Assembly (NCBI GenBank): GCA_963781905.1
Contig: CAWAHZ010000008.1
Location: 21,536-85,535, forward strand
Source of the DNA: Bryobacterales bacterium
Lineage (GTDB): Bacteria; Acidobacteriota; Terriglobia; Bryobacterales; Bryobacteraceae
Direction: 5' to 3'
Length of the DNA stretch: 64,000 bases
Position 1 is the stretch's first letter. Each line of letters opens with the position of its first letter. A program made the translations under genes and the position numbers. A model generated the notes under the pieces. The model did not search any database and was not told where the DNA came from. It saw only the letters and a list, made by a program, of their open reading frames with translations. Positions 10,174-20,763 of this stretch are shown one piece after another.

Positions 10174-11484
10174 ATGAACGCAGCCCTCCCTTATAGCCGC
10201 CGCGAGCAACGTGGCTGGTACATGTATGACTGGGCGAACTCCACGTTCTCCAGCACGGTTGTCACGCTTTTCTTGGGCCCGTACCTGACGGCGCTCGCGA
10301 AAGCTGCCGCTGGCCCGGACGGACGCGTTCATCCACTGGGCATTCCAGTGGATCCACGATCCTGGTGGGGTTATTTAATTTCTATCTCGGTGGTAACCCA
10401 AATCTTTACGCTGCCCATTGCGGGAACCATCGCCGACTTCAGCCCGAACAAAAAGCGCTTGATGGCCCTGTTTGCGTACACTGGCGCGCTGGCGACGGCC
10501 GCAATGTTCTTTCTGCATGGCGACGAGTATCTTACCGGCGGTTTTCTCTTTCTGGTCGCGAATCTGGCCTTCGGCGCCTCCATCGTCGTCTATAACTCAT
10601 TCTTGCCCGATATCGCACCACCAGAACAGCGCGACGCAGTTTCGTCCACCGGCTGGGGGATTGGTTACCTGGGCGGCGGACTACTGCTGGCTCTGAACCT
10701 GGCGCTGTTCACCAAAGCGAAAGCGCTGGGGTTATCGGAATCCATGGCGGTGCGGATCAATCTCTCGTCGGCGGGCGTTTGGTGGGCGCTGTTCAGCTTG
10801 ATTCCCCTGGCTGCCATCCGCAATCGGCCTCCGGGGCGAACGCGCGGGCCGGGCGAAGGGGTAATGAAAACGTTCCAGGAGTTCGCGGTTACTCTGCGCG
10901 ACATGCGGCACTATCCGCAGACCTTGCGTTTTCTTATCGCTTACTTGCTCTACAACGACGCCGTGCAGGCCGTGATTGCGCTCTCTGCCCAGTTCGGCAG
11001 CGATGAGCTGAAGATGCCGATGGCCGATTTGACCGGCGTGATTCTGATGGTCCAGTTCGTCGCGTTCTTCGGTTCGTTTCTGTTTGACTGGATCGCGAAA
11101 TGGATTGGCGCGAAATCGGCCGTGATTGTGAGCCTGCTCATCTGGACCGGCGTGCTGGTGTCGATGTACGTTTCGGTGCGGACGGAAACTCAGTTCTTCG
11201 TCGTGGCCGCCATTGTCGCGATTGTGCTGGGAGGGACGCAGGCGCTCAGCCGGTCGCTCTTCTCGCTGATGATTCCCAAAGGCCGCGAGGCGGAATATTT
11301 CGGAGTCTATGAAATCAGCGACAAAGGAACCAGTTGGCTTTGTCCGCTGCTCTTTGGGCTGGCGCTCCAATTCACCGGCAGCTACCGGCTCGCCATCTTA
11401 TCGCTCATTACTTTTTTCGCCGCGGGCCTGCTGGTGCTGCTGACAGTGAACATCGGCCACGCCGCAGCCGAGGCAGCTAACTAA
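10174..11484 (+). CDS. MFS transporter, UMF1/Atg22-like family
   Basis: GWYMYDWANSTFSSTVVTLFLGPYL N-terminus and ~12 predicted TM segments. ATG 10174 chosen within ORF 10147..11484. Confidence 0.8.
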   Translation: MNAALPYSRREQRGWYMYDWANSTFSSTVVTLFLGPYLTALAKAAAGPDGRVHPLGIPVDPRSWWGYLISISVVTQIFTLPIAGTIADFSPNKKRLMALFAYTGALATAAMFFLHGDEYLTGGFLFLVANLAFGASIVVYNSFLPDIAPPEQRDAVSSTGWGIGYLGGGLLLALNLALFTKAKALGLSESMAVRINLSSAGVWWALFSLIPLAAIRNRPPGRTRGPGEGVMKTFQEFAVTLRDMRHYPQTLRFLIAYLLYNDAVQAVIALSAQFGSDELKMPMADLTGVILMVQFVAFFGSFLFDWIAKWIGAKSAVIVSLLIWTGVLVSMYVSVRTETQFFVVAAIVAIVLGGTQALSRSLFSLMIPKGREAEYFGVYEISDKGTSWLCPLLFGLALQFTGSYRLAILSLITFFAAGLLVLLTVNIGHAAAEAAN

Positions 11485-12346
11485 GGCCGGCCGCTTTCTT
11501 CTGCTGATCCAGCACTTCAAGGAAAGCATGTTCTTGAATATCCAGCTCGTGCCTGTAACCCTGGGGATCGATGAACGGATTGGGGCCTTTGCCGATCTTC
11601 GGATATTTCTCCGCCAGATTGTACATCGCTGGATGGGAGCCTAATGGGACGTCGCACGCGAGCGAGCGCAGCACTTGGAAGCTGTGCATATATTCGGCTG
11701 CCATGCCGGGCACCTCGGTGTTGTTCACAAGTTTGAAACCCCGGTTCACGCCCACGCTGCCGATGATCACCACATCGTACGTTTTGCCGCCCTCCTCAGC
11801 TTTGGTTGTCCAGGTGGTGCAGCCGCGCGTGTGACCGGGGGTGAGACGGGCCACCAGCGTGGTTCCTCCCAGCTTCACCTCGTCGCCATCATGCAAGGTT
11901 TTGTCCAGCGGATGCGGTTTGTCACCAGGCCGCATTTTCATGAGAGCCGGGACGTCCTCCGCCATGGCCATCACCTTCGCACCCGTCAGTTCTTTCACCA
12001 GGGCGTCGCCTTCCATATGATCGGCGTGCGCATGGCTGCCGAGCAGAATCTTGGTGTCGCTGAATTTGAAACCGAGCTTTTCCACTGAGTCTCGGATGAT
12101 CGGAACATTCTTCTCGAAACAACTGTTGATCAGGACATTTCCTTGCGGCGTGACAACCAGAAACGACGCTAGCGACTCGGAGCCAACGTAGTAAATGTTG
12201 CCGATCACCTTATGCGGCGGGAACTGTTTATAGAACTGATCGGGCGTGCCGACATTTCGCTTGAATAGTTCTTCGGCAGTCTGCGCGAACAGAGGCGAGG
12301 CGGCCAGACCGGCCAGCCTTAACAAATGTGCCCGGCGAGTGTGCAT
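11477..12346 (-). CDS. Subclass B3 metallo-beta-lactamase-fold hydrolase (exported)
   Basis: Signal peptide MHTRRAHLLRLAGLAASPLFAQ. HAHADH (H116-x-H118-x-D120-H121 pattern), later PGHTRG and GSHPAMY His ligands. Confidence 0.8.
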   Translation of the reverse strand: MHTRRAHLLRLAGLAASPLFAQTAEELFKRNVGTPDQFYKQFPPHKVIGNIYYVGSESLASFLVVTPQGNVLINSCFEKNVPIIRDSVEKLGFKFSDTKILLGSHAHADHMEGDALVKELTGAKVMAMAEDVPALMKMRPGDKPHPLDKTLHDGDEVKLGGTTLVARLTPGHTRGCTTWTTKAEEGGKTYDVVIIGSVGVNRGFKLVNNTEVPGMAAEYMHSFQVLRSLACDVPLGSHPAMYNLAEKYPKIGKGPNPFIDPQGYRHELDIQEHAFLEVLDQQKKAAGLS

Positions 12347-12366
12347 AGTGGTGCCAGCATATCAAA

Positions 12367-13053
12367 TCAAGCCGGCTCGATGAGCCATTCACGCAGAGCG
12401 GCGCTCACCGCGGCAGGCTGCTCCATCATCGACATGTGGCCGCAATCCGGAACGATGACGAGCCGGCTGCCCTTGATCTTTGCGGACATCGCCGCGTGTT
12501 GCGCCGGCCCGCTCCAGCCATCCTCGCGGCCACAGAGCAGCAACGCGGGACAGCGAATTTGTTCCAGTACCGGGCTCGCGTCCGGCCTGGACAGAAGGGC
12601 GTGCTCCTGTGCCGCGAAGATTTCGGGAGTTTTGCGCGACATCATTTCGATGATCGAGTTCACTAGCGCGGTATCGTTGATGCGGCGTGGGTAGAGCATG
12701 GGCGGCAGCCACTGCGACAGCATGGCGCGCATGCCCCGCGACTGCGCCAGCGTTACCAGCTCACCGCGCTTGCGGGCTTCTTCTTCGCCGGCGGTTCCAG
12801 ACGCCAGGGGCAAATAACCAGTGTCGAACAGCGCGATTCGCTTGACGCGATTCGGCGCCAAGCGGTAAATTTCGAGCGCGACGCGCCCGCCCATGGAGTG
12901 TCCAGCAACGGAGAATCGCTCGGGCGCAGTTCGAAGCACGGTTTCCGCCATGGCCGCAATCGAATCGAGCGCGCCGTAGTCCGCGCACGTACAATCGGCA
13001 ACCTCCGACAGCGCATCCATCTGCCGCTGCCAGACGGTTTGATCGCAGATCAA
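12367..13053 (-). CDS. Alpha/beta hydrolase (start uncertain, conserved N-terminus extends to 13080)
   Basis: GHSMGG nucleophile elbow and a C-terminal GH catalytic His region. The only canonical start is TTG 13053, but in-frame upstream codons encode [10 protein letters not shown] (see findings). Confidence 0.7.
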   Translation of the reverse strand: MICDQTVWQRQMDALSEVADCTCADYGALDSIAAMAETVLRTAPERFSVAGHSMGGRVALEIYRLAPNRVKRIALFDTGYLPLASGTAGEEEARKRGELVTLAQSRGMRAMLSQWLPPMLYPRRINDTALVNSIIEMMSRKTPEIFAAQEHALLSRPDASPVLEQIRCPALLLCGREDGWSGPAQHAAMSAKIKGSRLVIVPDCGHMSMMEQPAAVSAALREWLIEPA

Positions 13054-13076
13054 GCCGGGAAGCAGGAGTAGATGTT

Positions 13077-15187
13077 CTATGCCAGGTCCTCGGGGAGAAT
13101 CGGCAGCTTGCGCAGCCGTTTGCCCGTCGCTCGGAAGATCGCGTTGGCCACCGCCGGAATAATGGTCGGCGTGCTGGCCTCGCCGATCCCGCCAGGCGCG
13201 GCTTGGCTAGGCACGATGTGCACTTCCACCACCGGCATTTCATCGATGCGGAGCACATCGTAGTGATTGAAGTTGCCCTGCACCACCCGGCCGCGCTCAA
13301 TGGTGATGGCGCCCTTCATCATCGCGCTCAATCCGTAGACGATGCCGCTCTGAATCTGCTGCTCGACGCCCGCCGGATTGATGACGTGTCCACAATCCAC
13401 CGCGCAAACCACGCGATGCACGCGTAGTTTGCCTTGCTCCACCGATACCTCGGCCACTTGAGCGTTATAGCTGCCGATATTGTTGACCACCGCGATGCCG
13501 CGCGCATGGCCTGCCGCTAGCGGCTTGCCCCAGCCGCCTTTCTCCGCCGCCAATTCCAGCACGTTCAGCAGGCGCGGGGATTTTGCCAGCAGGCGCCGGC
13601 GAAACTCAAATGGGTCTTTACCCGTAGCGGCAGCCAGTTCATCCAGAAAACTTTCAGAGAAGAACGTATTCTGCGAGAATCCGACCGAGCGCCAGTAGGT
13701 GGTGGGAATGTCGACATCCGGCGGATGATAATCGACGTGGAAATTCGGGATGGTGTATTCCAGATCGATGATGCCTTCCACGCTGGTGCGGTCCACGCCA
13801 TTGCGCAATCCCCCAAACGACGGGCATACCACGCGTGTGTTCCATGCCACAGGCCAGCCATCGCTGTCTAAAGCGGCGCCGAACTTGGCATACGACGCGG
13901 GCCGATACAGATCGTGCTGCATGTCATCTTCGCGCGACCAGGTGAGCTTCACCGGCTTCCCAATGGCTTTCGAAATCTCGACCGCTTCTGCAACGAAATC
14001 GTCACCTCCGCGGCGGCCGAATCCTCCGCCTAAAAAAGTGGTGTGAATCTGGATCTTGCTGGGAGGCAAGCCCGTGGCCTTCGCCGCCGCGCCCATAGCA
14101 GCCGTTTGGATTTGCGTGGCAACCCAAACTTCGCAACTGTCGGGGCGGACGTCGGCAGTGCAATTCATCGGCTCCATGGGAGCGTGAGAAAGATAGGGCA
14201 CCTCATAGACGGCCTCGATTTTCTTCGCGCTGCTAGCCATCGCCGCGTTCACATCACCGTCGTTGCGAGCAACAGCGCCGGGCTTTTCGGCCAGGTTCAC
14301 AAACAGCTCGCGAATACTCGCGCTGCTCAGGTTCGCGTTCTTGCCCTCGTCATACTGAACCTGCAGCGCGCGACGGCCTTCCATCGCCGACCAGGTATTG
14401 TCGGCAATCACAGCCACGCCCCGCGAGATCTGGACCACCTGCAGCACGCCGGGGACGGCTTTGGCCTTCGTATCGTCGAAGCTGGCCACTTTACCGCCGA
14501 AGACCGGGCAGCGCTGCAGCACCGCGTAAACCATGCCGGGACGCCGCGCATCCAGGCCAAATCCGGCCGTCCCGTTTACTTTGAGGTGTGTGTCCAGCCG
14601 CTTGGGCGATGTTCCGATGAGGCGAAAATCCTTCGGATCCTTCACCGCGACTTTGGCGGGGACCGGGAGCTTGCCGGCGGCGTCCGCGAGACTGCCGTAG
14701 CTCAAACGCGCGTTGGTTGCGGTATTGATTACCTGCCCGTTTTCGGTGCGAAGCTGCGATTTTGCCACGCCCCACTTCTGAGCGGCGGCGTCCAGCAGCA
14801 TGTCGCGAGCCGCTGCGCCTGCATTGCGCAGAGGAACCCAGCAGGTGCGCGTGCTCATGCTGCCGAAGGTGCCCTGCAGCGGGCCGTAAGCCGGATCCAC
14901 GGGCGCAAACTCCGTACGCACCTGTTTCCAATCGCAATCCAGTTCCTCGGCCAGCAACTGCGACAACGAAGTCATCGGTCCTTGCCCCATCTCCGATTTA
15001 TGGATCGAAAACAAAACGATGTCGTCGCTGCCAACGTGGATAAAGGCGTTCAGTTTCGTCGAAGTGGTGGCGGCTTCCAGCTTGTCGCTCACCGGCAGGT
15101 GGAAACCGATGAACAGGCCACCGGCCGTTGCGACGCCGGCTTTCAAGAAGCTGCGGCGATCGAGTTTGCGATTCGCAGTCACGGCGC

Positions 15188-15191
<4 letters not shown>
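13077..15191 (-). CDS. Xanthine-dehydrogenase-family molybdopterin-binding subunit (IorB/aldehyde oxidoreductase large subunit), Tat-exported
   Basis: 704 aa. Twin-arginine signal [19 protein letters not shown] and aldehyde oxidase/XDH a/b hammerhead and Moco-binding similarity. ATGA-type overlap with the 2Fe-2S subunit. Confidence 0.9.
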
Positions 15192-15688
<497 letters not shown>

Positions 15689-15772
15689 CGTGGGCCTCCT
15701 CTAAGCCAAATCTCTGTTTCTCTAGTATATATCTCCCGTATATAACGCCCGCTAGTCGCGACATCCGCCTCA

Positions 15773-16252
15773 GTGGTACGCTGGCTGTTTATGTTGTTGT
15801 CGGAAATCTTTGTCGGCCAGGGCGAACCGGCCTTCGCTGAACTGGTGCGCGCCATCTCCGTCGGCAAGCTGAAGACTTATCAGCTTTATGACCGGATGAA
15901 GGTCCGCTTCCATTTGGCTAAGCTCAATGCGGAGCACATGAAGAAGGCGACGCCGCGTTTTTGGGCGCGGGTCAACGAAAAAGACGAGGAATTTGCCACC
16001 GATCTGGGCCAGGCCATCCTGGTTTCGCATCTGGACATGATCAAGGCAGTGATCGACGATCTCGGAATTCCCAATCAGGATGGCTTCTTCGACAAAGACA
16101 TCGACGGCTCGAAATATTTGACCGAGGGCTGGCAGCAACGGACGTACGAGAAATTCAAAGAGGCGTATCCGGCGCCGGTGCTGCTGTTTTACATCAACCA
16201 CCTGGCTTGGGAGCTGGCCAAGAGCGAAGAAGTTTTCCTGGTTCCGGTTTAA
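15773..16252 (+). CDS. Hypothetical protein
   Basis: 159-aa ORF with protein-like composition (KLKTYQLYDRMKVRFHLAKLNAEHMKK...). The overlapping minus ORF 15770..16279 is Arg-rich and shadow-like. No domain recognised. The start (GTG 15773 or ATG 15791) is uncertain. Confidence 0.5.
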   Translation: MVRWLFMLLSEIFVGQGEPAFAELVRAISVGKLKTYQLYDRMKVRFHLAKLNAEHMKKATPRFWARVNEKDEEFATDLGQAILVSHLDMIKAVIDDLGIPNQDGFFDKDIDGSKYLTEGWQQRTYEKFKEAYPAPVLLFYINHLAWELAKSEEVFLVPV

Positions 16253-16267
16253 GGACTGTATAAGAGA

Positions 16268-16921
16268 ATGAGCCAACAATTCTTTGAGGCCATTCGCGCG
16301 GGAGATCGCGGCGTTGTTGCCGCGCTGCTGGAGGCCGACTCCACTCTGCTGGCCGCTAAGGACGACAAAGGGTTGGGCGCCTACATCGCCGCGAAGTATT
16401 CGGGGCGCAACGACATCGCAACGCTGCTGCTCGATAAAGGCGTGGAGTTAGACGTGTTCGCCGCCTGCATGGCGGGTGCGAAAGAACGAGTGCACGAATT
16501 GATCGGCCGGAATCCCGAATTAATCAATTCCTATAGTCATGACGGTTGGACGCCGTTGCATCTGGCCTGCTTCTTCGGCCAGCCGGAGATCGCGGAAGCG
16601 CTGATCGCTCAAGGAGCCGACGTGCGGGCTCGGGCGCGCAACGCGATGCAAAATACCCCTCTTCATGCGGCTGCGGCGGGACGAAGCAAAGACGCTGTGA
16701 GGGCGCTGCTCGAGCACGGCGCCGATGTGAACGCGCGCCAGGAAGGCGGATGGACGGCGTTGCACTCCGCGTCGCAAAATGGAGACGTGGAAATGGTGCG
16801 GCTGCTCATCGCGGGTGGTGCGGATGTGCAGGCGCGCGCCGATAACCAGCAGAACGCGCTGGACTTAGCCTTGGGAAAAGGACATCAAGCGGTGGTCGAT
16901 GTCCTTGATGAATACGCGTAG
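16268..16921 (+). CDS. Ankyrin-repeat protein
   Basis: Five to six ANK repeats (GWTPLHLACFFGQPEIAEALIAQGADVRAR, TPLHAAAAGRSKDAVRALLEHGADVNAR, GWTALHSASQNGDVEMVRLLIAGGADV). Confidence 0.85.
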   Translation: MSQQFFEAIRAGDRGVVAALLEADSTLLAAKDDKGLGAYIAAKYSGRNDIATLLLDKGVELDVFAACMAGAKERVHELIGRNPELINSYSHDGWTPLHLACFFGQPEIAEALIAQGADVRARARNAMQNTPLHAAAAGRSKDAVRALLEHGADVNARQEGGWTALHSASQNGDVEMVRLLIAGGADVQARADNQQNALDLALGKGHQAVVDVLDEYA

Positions 16922-17937
16922 TGATCGAAGAGCAAATCCAAGAATTGAAGGCTGCGGCGCTCCAGCGGATCGAAGAAGCGAAGAATCTGGACGAGTTGGA
17001 ACAGGTCCGCGTCGAAATCCTGGGGCGCAAGGGTTCGCTCGCGCAGTTCAACCTGGGCGCAATTCCACAGGAAGATCGAAAGACAGCGGGTAAGGCGCTC
17101 AACGCCGCCAAACAAGAGATCACTGGTGCGTTTGAAACACGGGAGCAAAGGTTTGCTTCGGAGGCGCTGAACATCCGGCTGAAAGACGAATGGCTGGACC
17201 TTACGCTGCCCGCGCCGGGCGTTCGGCCGGGCAGTTTGCATCCGGTGACCATCATCCAAAATGAAATCGAAGACCTCTTCACCTCACTCGGATTCGCGGT
17301 GCTGGACGGCCCGGAAGTAGAAACCGAATATCACAACTTCGACGCGCTCAACATCCCGCCCGAGCATCCTGCGCGCGACATGCAAGACACGTTCTGGCTT
17401 TCGAATGGGCATCTGTTGCGCACCCACACGTCGCCGGTGCAGGTGCGGGGGATGGAGAAGCTGGGGCCGCCGCTGCGTATGATCGCGCCCGGCCGGGTTT
17501 TCCGCAATGAAGAGGTGGACGCGTCGCACGAGCACACCTTCTATCAGCTGGAAGGCATGATGATAGATCGCAATGTCTCCGTGGCGCACCTGATCTACTT
17601 CATGAAGACGCTGCTCAGCGCCATCTTCCATCGTGAAGCCGTGGTGCGGCTGCGTCCCGGCTATTTTCCGTTCGTGGAGCCGGGCTTCGAGTTGGATATT
17701 CGCTGCCTGATCTGCGGCGGCCCTGGCTGTCCAGTGTGCAAGCAGAGCGGCTGGGTGGAACTGCTTCCGTGCGGCCTGGTACATCCCAACGTGCTGCGCA
17801 AGAGCAGCATCGATCCGGACCAGTGGGGCGGATTCGCTTTCGGACTGGGCCTGACGCGCCTGGCCATGATGCGGTACGGCATCGACGATATCCGCCTGTT
17901 TGCGAGCGGCGACTTGAGGTTCCTGCGCCAGTTCTGA
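16921..17937 (+). CDS. pheS: Phenylalanine--tRNA ligase alpha subunit
   Basis: Full-length PheS similarity (HPARDMQDTFW, FRNEEVDASHEHTFYQLEG, GFAFGLGLTRLAMMRYGIDDIR). The GTG start abuts the ankyrin gene's stop. Confidence 0.95.
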   Translation: MIEEQIQELKAAALQRIEEAKNLDELEQVRVEILGRKGSLAQFNLGAIPQEDRKTAGKALNAAKQEITGAFETREQRFASEALNIRLKDEWLDLTLPAPGVRPGSLHPVTIIQNEIEDLFTSLGFAVLDGPEVETEYHNFDALNIPPEHPARDMQDTFWLSNGHLLRTHTSPVQVRGMEKLGPPLRMIAPGRVFRNEEVDASHEHTFYQLEGMMIDRNVSVAHLIYFMKTLLSAIFHREAVVRLRPGYFPFVEPGFELDIRCLICGGPGCPVCKQSGWVELLPCGLVHPNVLRKSSIDPDQWGGFAFGLGLTRLAMMRYGIDDIRLFASGDLRFLRQF

Positions 17938-17948
17938 GCGCGTGAAAC

Positions 17949-20258
17949 ATGAAATTTTCGTACCACTGGATTCGTGAGCTGGTCCCGGGCCTGGACGCCG
18001 AGCCCGCGGAACTGATGCGCCTGATCACGATGAAGACGGCCGAGTGCGAAGGGCTGGAGCAGGTGGGAGCGAAGCTGGCCGAGGCGTCGGTGGCACGCGT
18101 GAGGGACGTCGAACAGATCGCTCAAAGCCACAACCAGATTGTGGTTGTTGAGACCGCGCGTTACGGCGTAAAGCGAGTGATTTGCGGCGCGCCGAATTGC
18201 AAAACGGGGATGCTGACGGCGTACCTGCCGCTAGCGCCCAAAGTGATTGAAGGCGTAGAGAGCGAGGGAATGCTCGCGAGCGCCTTGGAACTCGGCATCG
18301 GAAGCGATCACACCGGGATTGTGGAACTCGATAGCGAAGAGCTGCTCGCGCCGGACACCATCATTGAAGTCGACAACAAATCGCTCACGCATCGGCCCGA
18401 CTTGTGGGGCCATCATGGAATGGCGCGTGAAGTGGCTGCGATCACGCATCGGACGTTGAGCGATCCCGTGAAGCCCAATTCGCTGCCTAAGGGCGCGTCG
18501 CCAGTCGAGATTGCAATTGAGGACTTCGCTCTTTGCCCGCGATACAGTGCGCTGGTTTTCGAGAACGTGACGGTCCGGCCATCGCCGCTGTGGCTGCAGT
18601 ATCGCCTGGAAGCGATCGGGTTGAATGCGATCAACAATATCGTTGACGTGACGAATTACGTAATGGCCGAGCTCGCGCAGCCCATGCACGCGTTCGATGC
18701 CGGGAAGCTGCACGGGCAAACCATTTTCGTTCGCAGCGCGCGCGCCGGCGAGCAGATCGTCGCCTTGAACGACGAAAGCTACAACCTGACCCCGTCGAAC
18801 CTGGTGATCGCCGATTCGCAAGGTCCGATTGCTTTGGCGGGTGTGATCGGTGGATTGCACAGCGCTATTGGTCCGGACACGCGGCGCATTGTTTTGGAGA
18901 GCGCGAATTTCCAAGCGGCCGGCGTTCGGAAAACATCGGTGGCGTTGAAGCTGCGAACCGACGCTTCCATGCGATTCGAAAAATCCCAGGATCCCACTAA
19001 TACCGTCCGGGGTCTGGCGCGCGCCGTTGAATTGCTGCGAGAAGTTTCGCCTGGCATTCGTTTGGTCGGCGGCTTAGCTGATTCGCACGGCGAGTTGAAA
19101 ATGCCGGCGCCGATCGAATTAACTGTCGATTGGTTGAAAGCCAAGCTCGGCCGCGATCTGGATGCGCACCAGGTTCGCTCCATTCTCGAATCCCTCGAAT
19201 TCGGCGTTGAAGAATCCGCGCCCGGGCATTTCAGGGTCAGCGTACCGAGCTGGCGCGCTACCAAAGATATCTCGATCAAAGACGACTTATTAGAGGAAGT
19301 GGGCAGGATGCTGGGCTTTGAGTCCATCACGCCGCGGGCGCCGTTGATCGAATCCGTGGTGCCGCCCCAGAGCCCTTCGCGTCTCTATTTGCGAGGCGTC
19401 AGAAGCATGGCTGTGGAGCAGGGATTCACGGAAGTCTATAACTATTCGTTCGTGACCGAAGAAATGGTGCGCGCGTTTGACCTGGATGTTGCCGCTCATG
19501 TGGGCGTCACCAATCCCATCGCGTCCGATCAAACGCTGTTGCGGTCGAGCTTGCTGCCCGCTATTCGCAGAAACATTCTCGACAACAGCCGCCACTTCCA
19601 GACCTTCCGGTTGTTCGAGATCGGCCGCGAGATTCATGCCCGCAATCGTGAGCTTCCCGAAGAAATCCTACATCTTGTGGCAGCCGTCTATGACCGAGAT
19701 GGCGATGGCAGCGCGTCGCTGTTCGAGCTGAAGCGGCTGGCCGAATGCCTGATGAACGGATGCCAGGTACGCCTTTCCGAGCCGCGCCCGTTCGAGCATC
19801 CCGAGCGCGCCGCGACCATTGCCTGGCAGGGCGAAGACGTGGGACGGCTCTTTGAATTACACCCGTCGCTTGGCGTAGAAGGGCGTGCCGCGATCCTGAA
19901 TCTGGATCTGTCGACGATGGAAAGGCTGAGCGCATCGCAAGAGAAGCGCTACCAGGCGCTGCGCCGTTTCCCCACCAGCAACTTCGATATCACGGTGCAG
20001 GTGCCGCTCCGGGTAACGGCTGGACTTATCGAACAGGAGCTCACGAAGGCCGCGGGAAACAATCTCGTGGAAATCAAGTTCCTCTACGTCTACGCCGAGC
20101 CGCCGGTGAGGGAAGGCCACAAGGCGTTGACCTACCGGCTAACGGTTGGGGCGCAGGACCACACATTGTCGCCCGAGGAGACAACTGCCATTTACGAGGC
20201 GATCCAAGCGCACCTTCGTTCTAATGCACATGCATGGGATCGCCAAAGTACCCGATGA
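17949..20258 (+). CDS. pheT: Phenylalanine--tRNA ligase beta subunit
   Basis: MKFSYHWIRELVPG N-terminus, with B3/4, B5 and C-terminal FDX-ACB-like regions. 769 aa. Confidence 0.95.
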   Translation: MKFSYHWIRELVPGLDAEPAELMRLITMKTAECEGLEQVGAKLAEASVARVRDVEQIAQSHNQIVVVETARYGVKRVICGAPNCKTGMLTAYLPLAPKVIEGVESEGMLASALELGIGSDHTGIVELDSEELLAPDTIIEVDNKSLTHRPDLWGHHGMAREVAAITHRTLSDPVKPNSLPKGASPVEIAIEDFALCPRYSALVFENVTVRPSPLWLQYRLEAIGLNAINNIVDVTNYVMAELAQPMHAFDAGKLHGQTIFVRSARAGEQIVALNDESYNLTPSNLVIADSQGPIALAGVIGGLHSAIGPDTRRIVLESANFQAAGVRKTSVALKLRTDASMRFEKSQDPTNTVRGLARAVELLREVSPGIRLVGGLADSHGELKMPAPIELTVDWLKAKLGRDLDAHQVRSILESLEFGVEESAPGHFRVSVPSWRATKDISIKDDLLEEVGRMLGFESITPRAPLIESVVPPQSPSRLYLRGVRSMAVEQGFTEVYNYSFVTEEMVRAFDLDVAAHVGVTNPIASDQTLLRSSLLPAIRRNILDNSRHFQTFRLFEIGREIHARNRELPEEILHLVAAVYDRDGDGSASLFELKRLAECLMNGCQVRLSEPRPFEHPERAATIAWQGEDVGRLFELHPSLGVEGRAAILNLDLSTMERLSASQEKRYQALRRFPTSNFDITVQVPLRVTAGLIEQELTKAAGNNLVEIKFLYVYAEPPVREGHKALTYRLTVGAQDHTLSPEETTAIYEAIQAHLRSNAHAWDRQSTR

Positions 20259-20403
20259 TCCGCTCGGCGCAGAGGCGGCACGCCTCGATTTCATCCGGAT
20301 CGCGTCCTTCACAATGCAGCATCTGCTCGTCGCGCACGGACATGCTGCGTCCACACACCCAGTCCTCGCCGTCGCGCGAGTGAATATGGTTAAAATCGGT
20401 CAA
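20221..20403 (-). CDS. Possible small Cys/His-rich protein (60 aa, TTG start)
   Basis: ORF with high third-position GC. Four Cys plus several His (WVCGRS...HCEG...ACRLC). It overlaps the pheT 3' end by 38 nt. No homolog recognised. Confidence 0.25.
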   Translation of the reverse strand: MTDFNHIHSRDGEDWVCGRSMSVRDEQMLHCEGRDPDEIEACRLCAERIIGYFGDPMHVH

Positions 20404-20525
20404 ACGGGAACCCCTCGGGACCTGCAGGCAAGTGCAAGTATTGGATACGTTGTCAGAATATCAGATCGGTTGCGAGTGCAATCCGTAGTTGATACACTTG
20501 AACTTAACCCCAAGGAGCGACGATT

Positions 20526-20741
20526 ATGGCGAAAGTATGTGAAGTGTGCGGACGCGGGCCGCAGTTCGGCAACCGGATCAGCCACGCGCACAACGTAACC
20601 AAGCGCCGTTGGAATCTGAATTTGCAGAATGTGCACGCGCTGGTCCAAGGCGCCGCCAAGCACATTCGGGTGTGCACATCCTGCATCCGCAGCGGCAAGG
20701 TTCAAAAGGCCGGCAAAGTTCAAAAGTCCGCGGCCGCATAA
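20526..20741 (+). CDS. rpmB: 50S ribosomal protein L28
   Basis: MAKVCEVCGRGPQFGNRISHAHNVTKRRWNLNLQ is the L28 signature. AAGGAG RBS. Confidence 0.9.
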   Translation: MAKVCEVCGRGPQFGNRISHAHNVTKRRWNLNLQNVHALVQGAAKHIRVCTSCIRSGKVQKAGKVQKSAAA

Positions 20742-20763
20742 GAATCCCAAACAAACATTCTCG

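Noticed and set aside
15721-15750. Direct repeat GTATATA-N6-GTATATA in the iorA / hypothetical divergent spacer.
   Set aside because: These are likely just AT-rich -10-type promoter elements for the two divergent genes. The repeat is too short to claim a specific operator.
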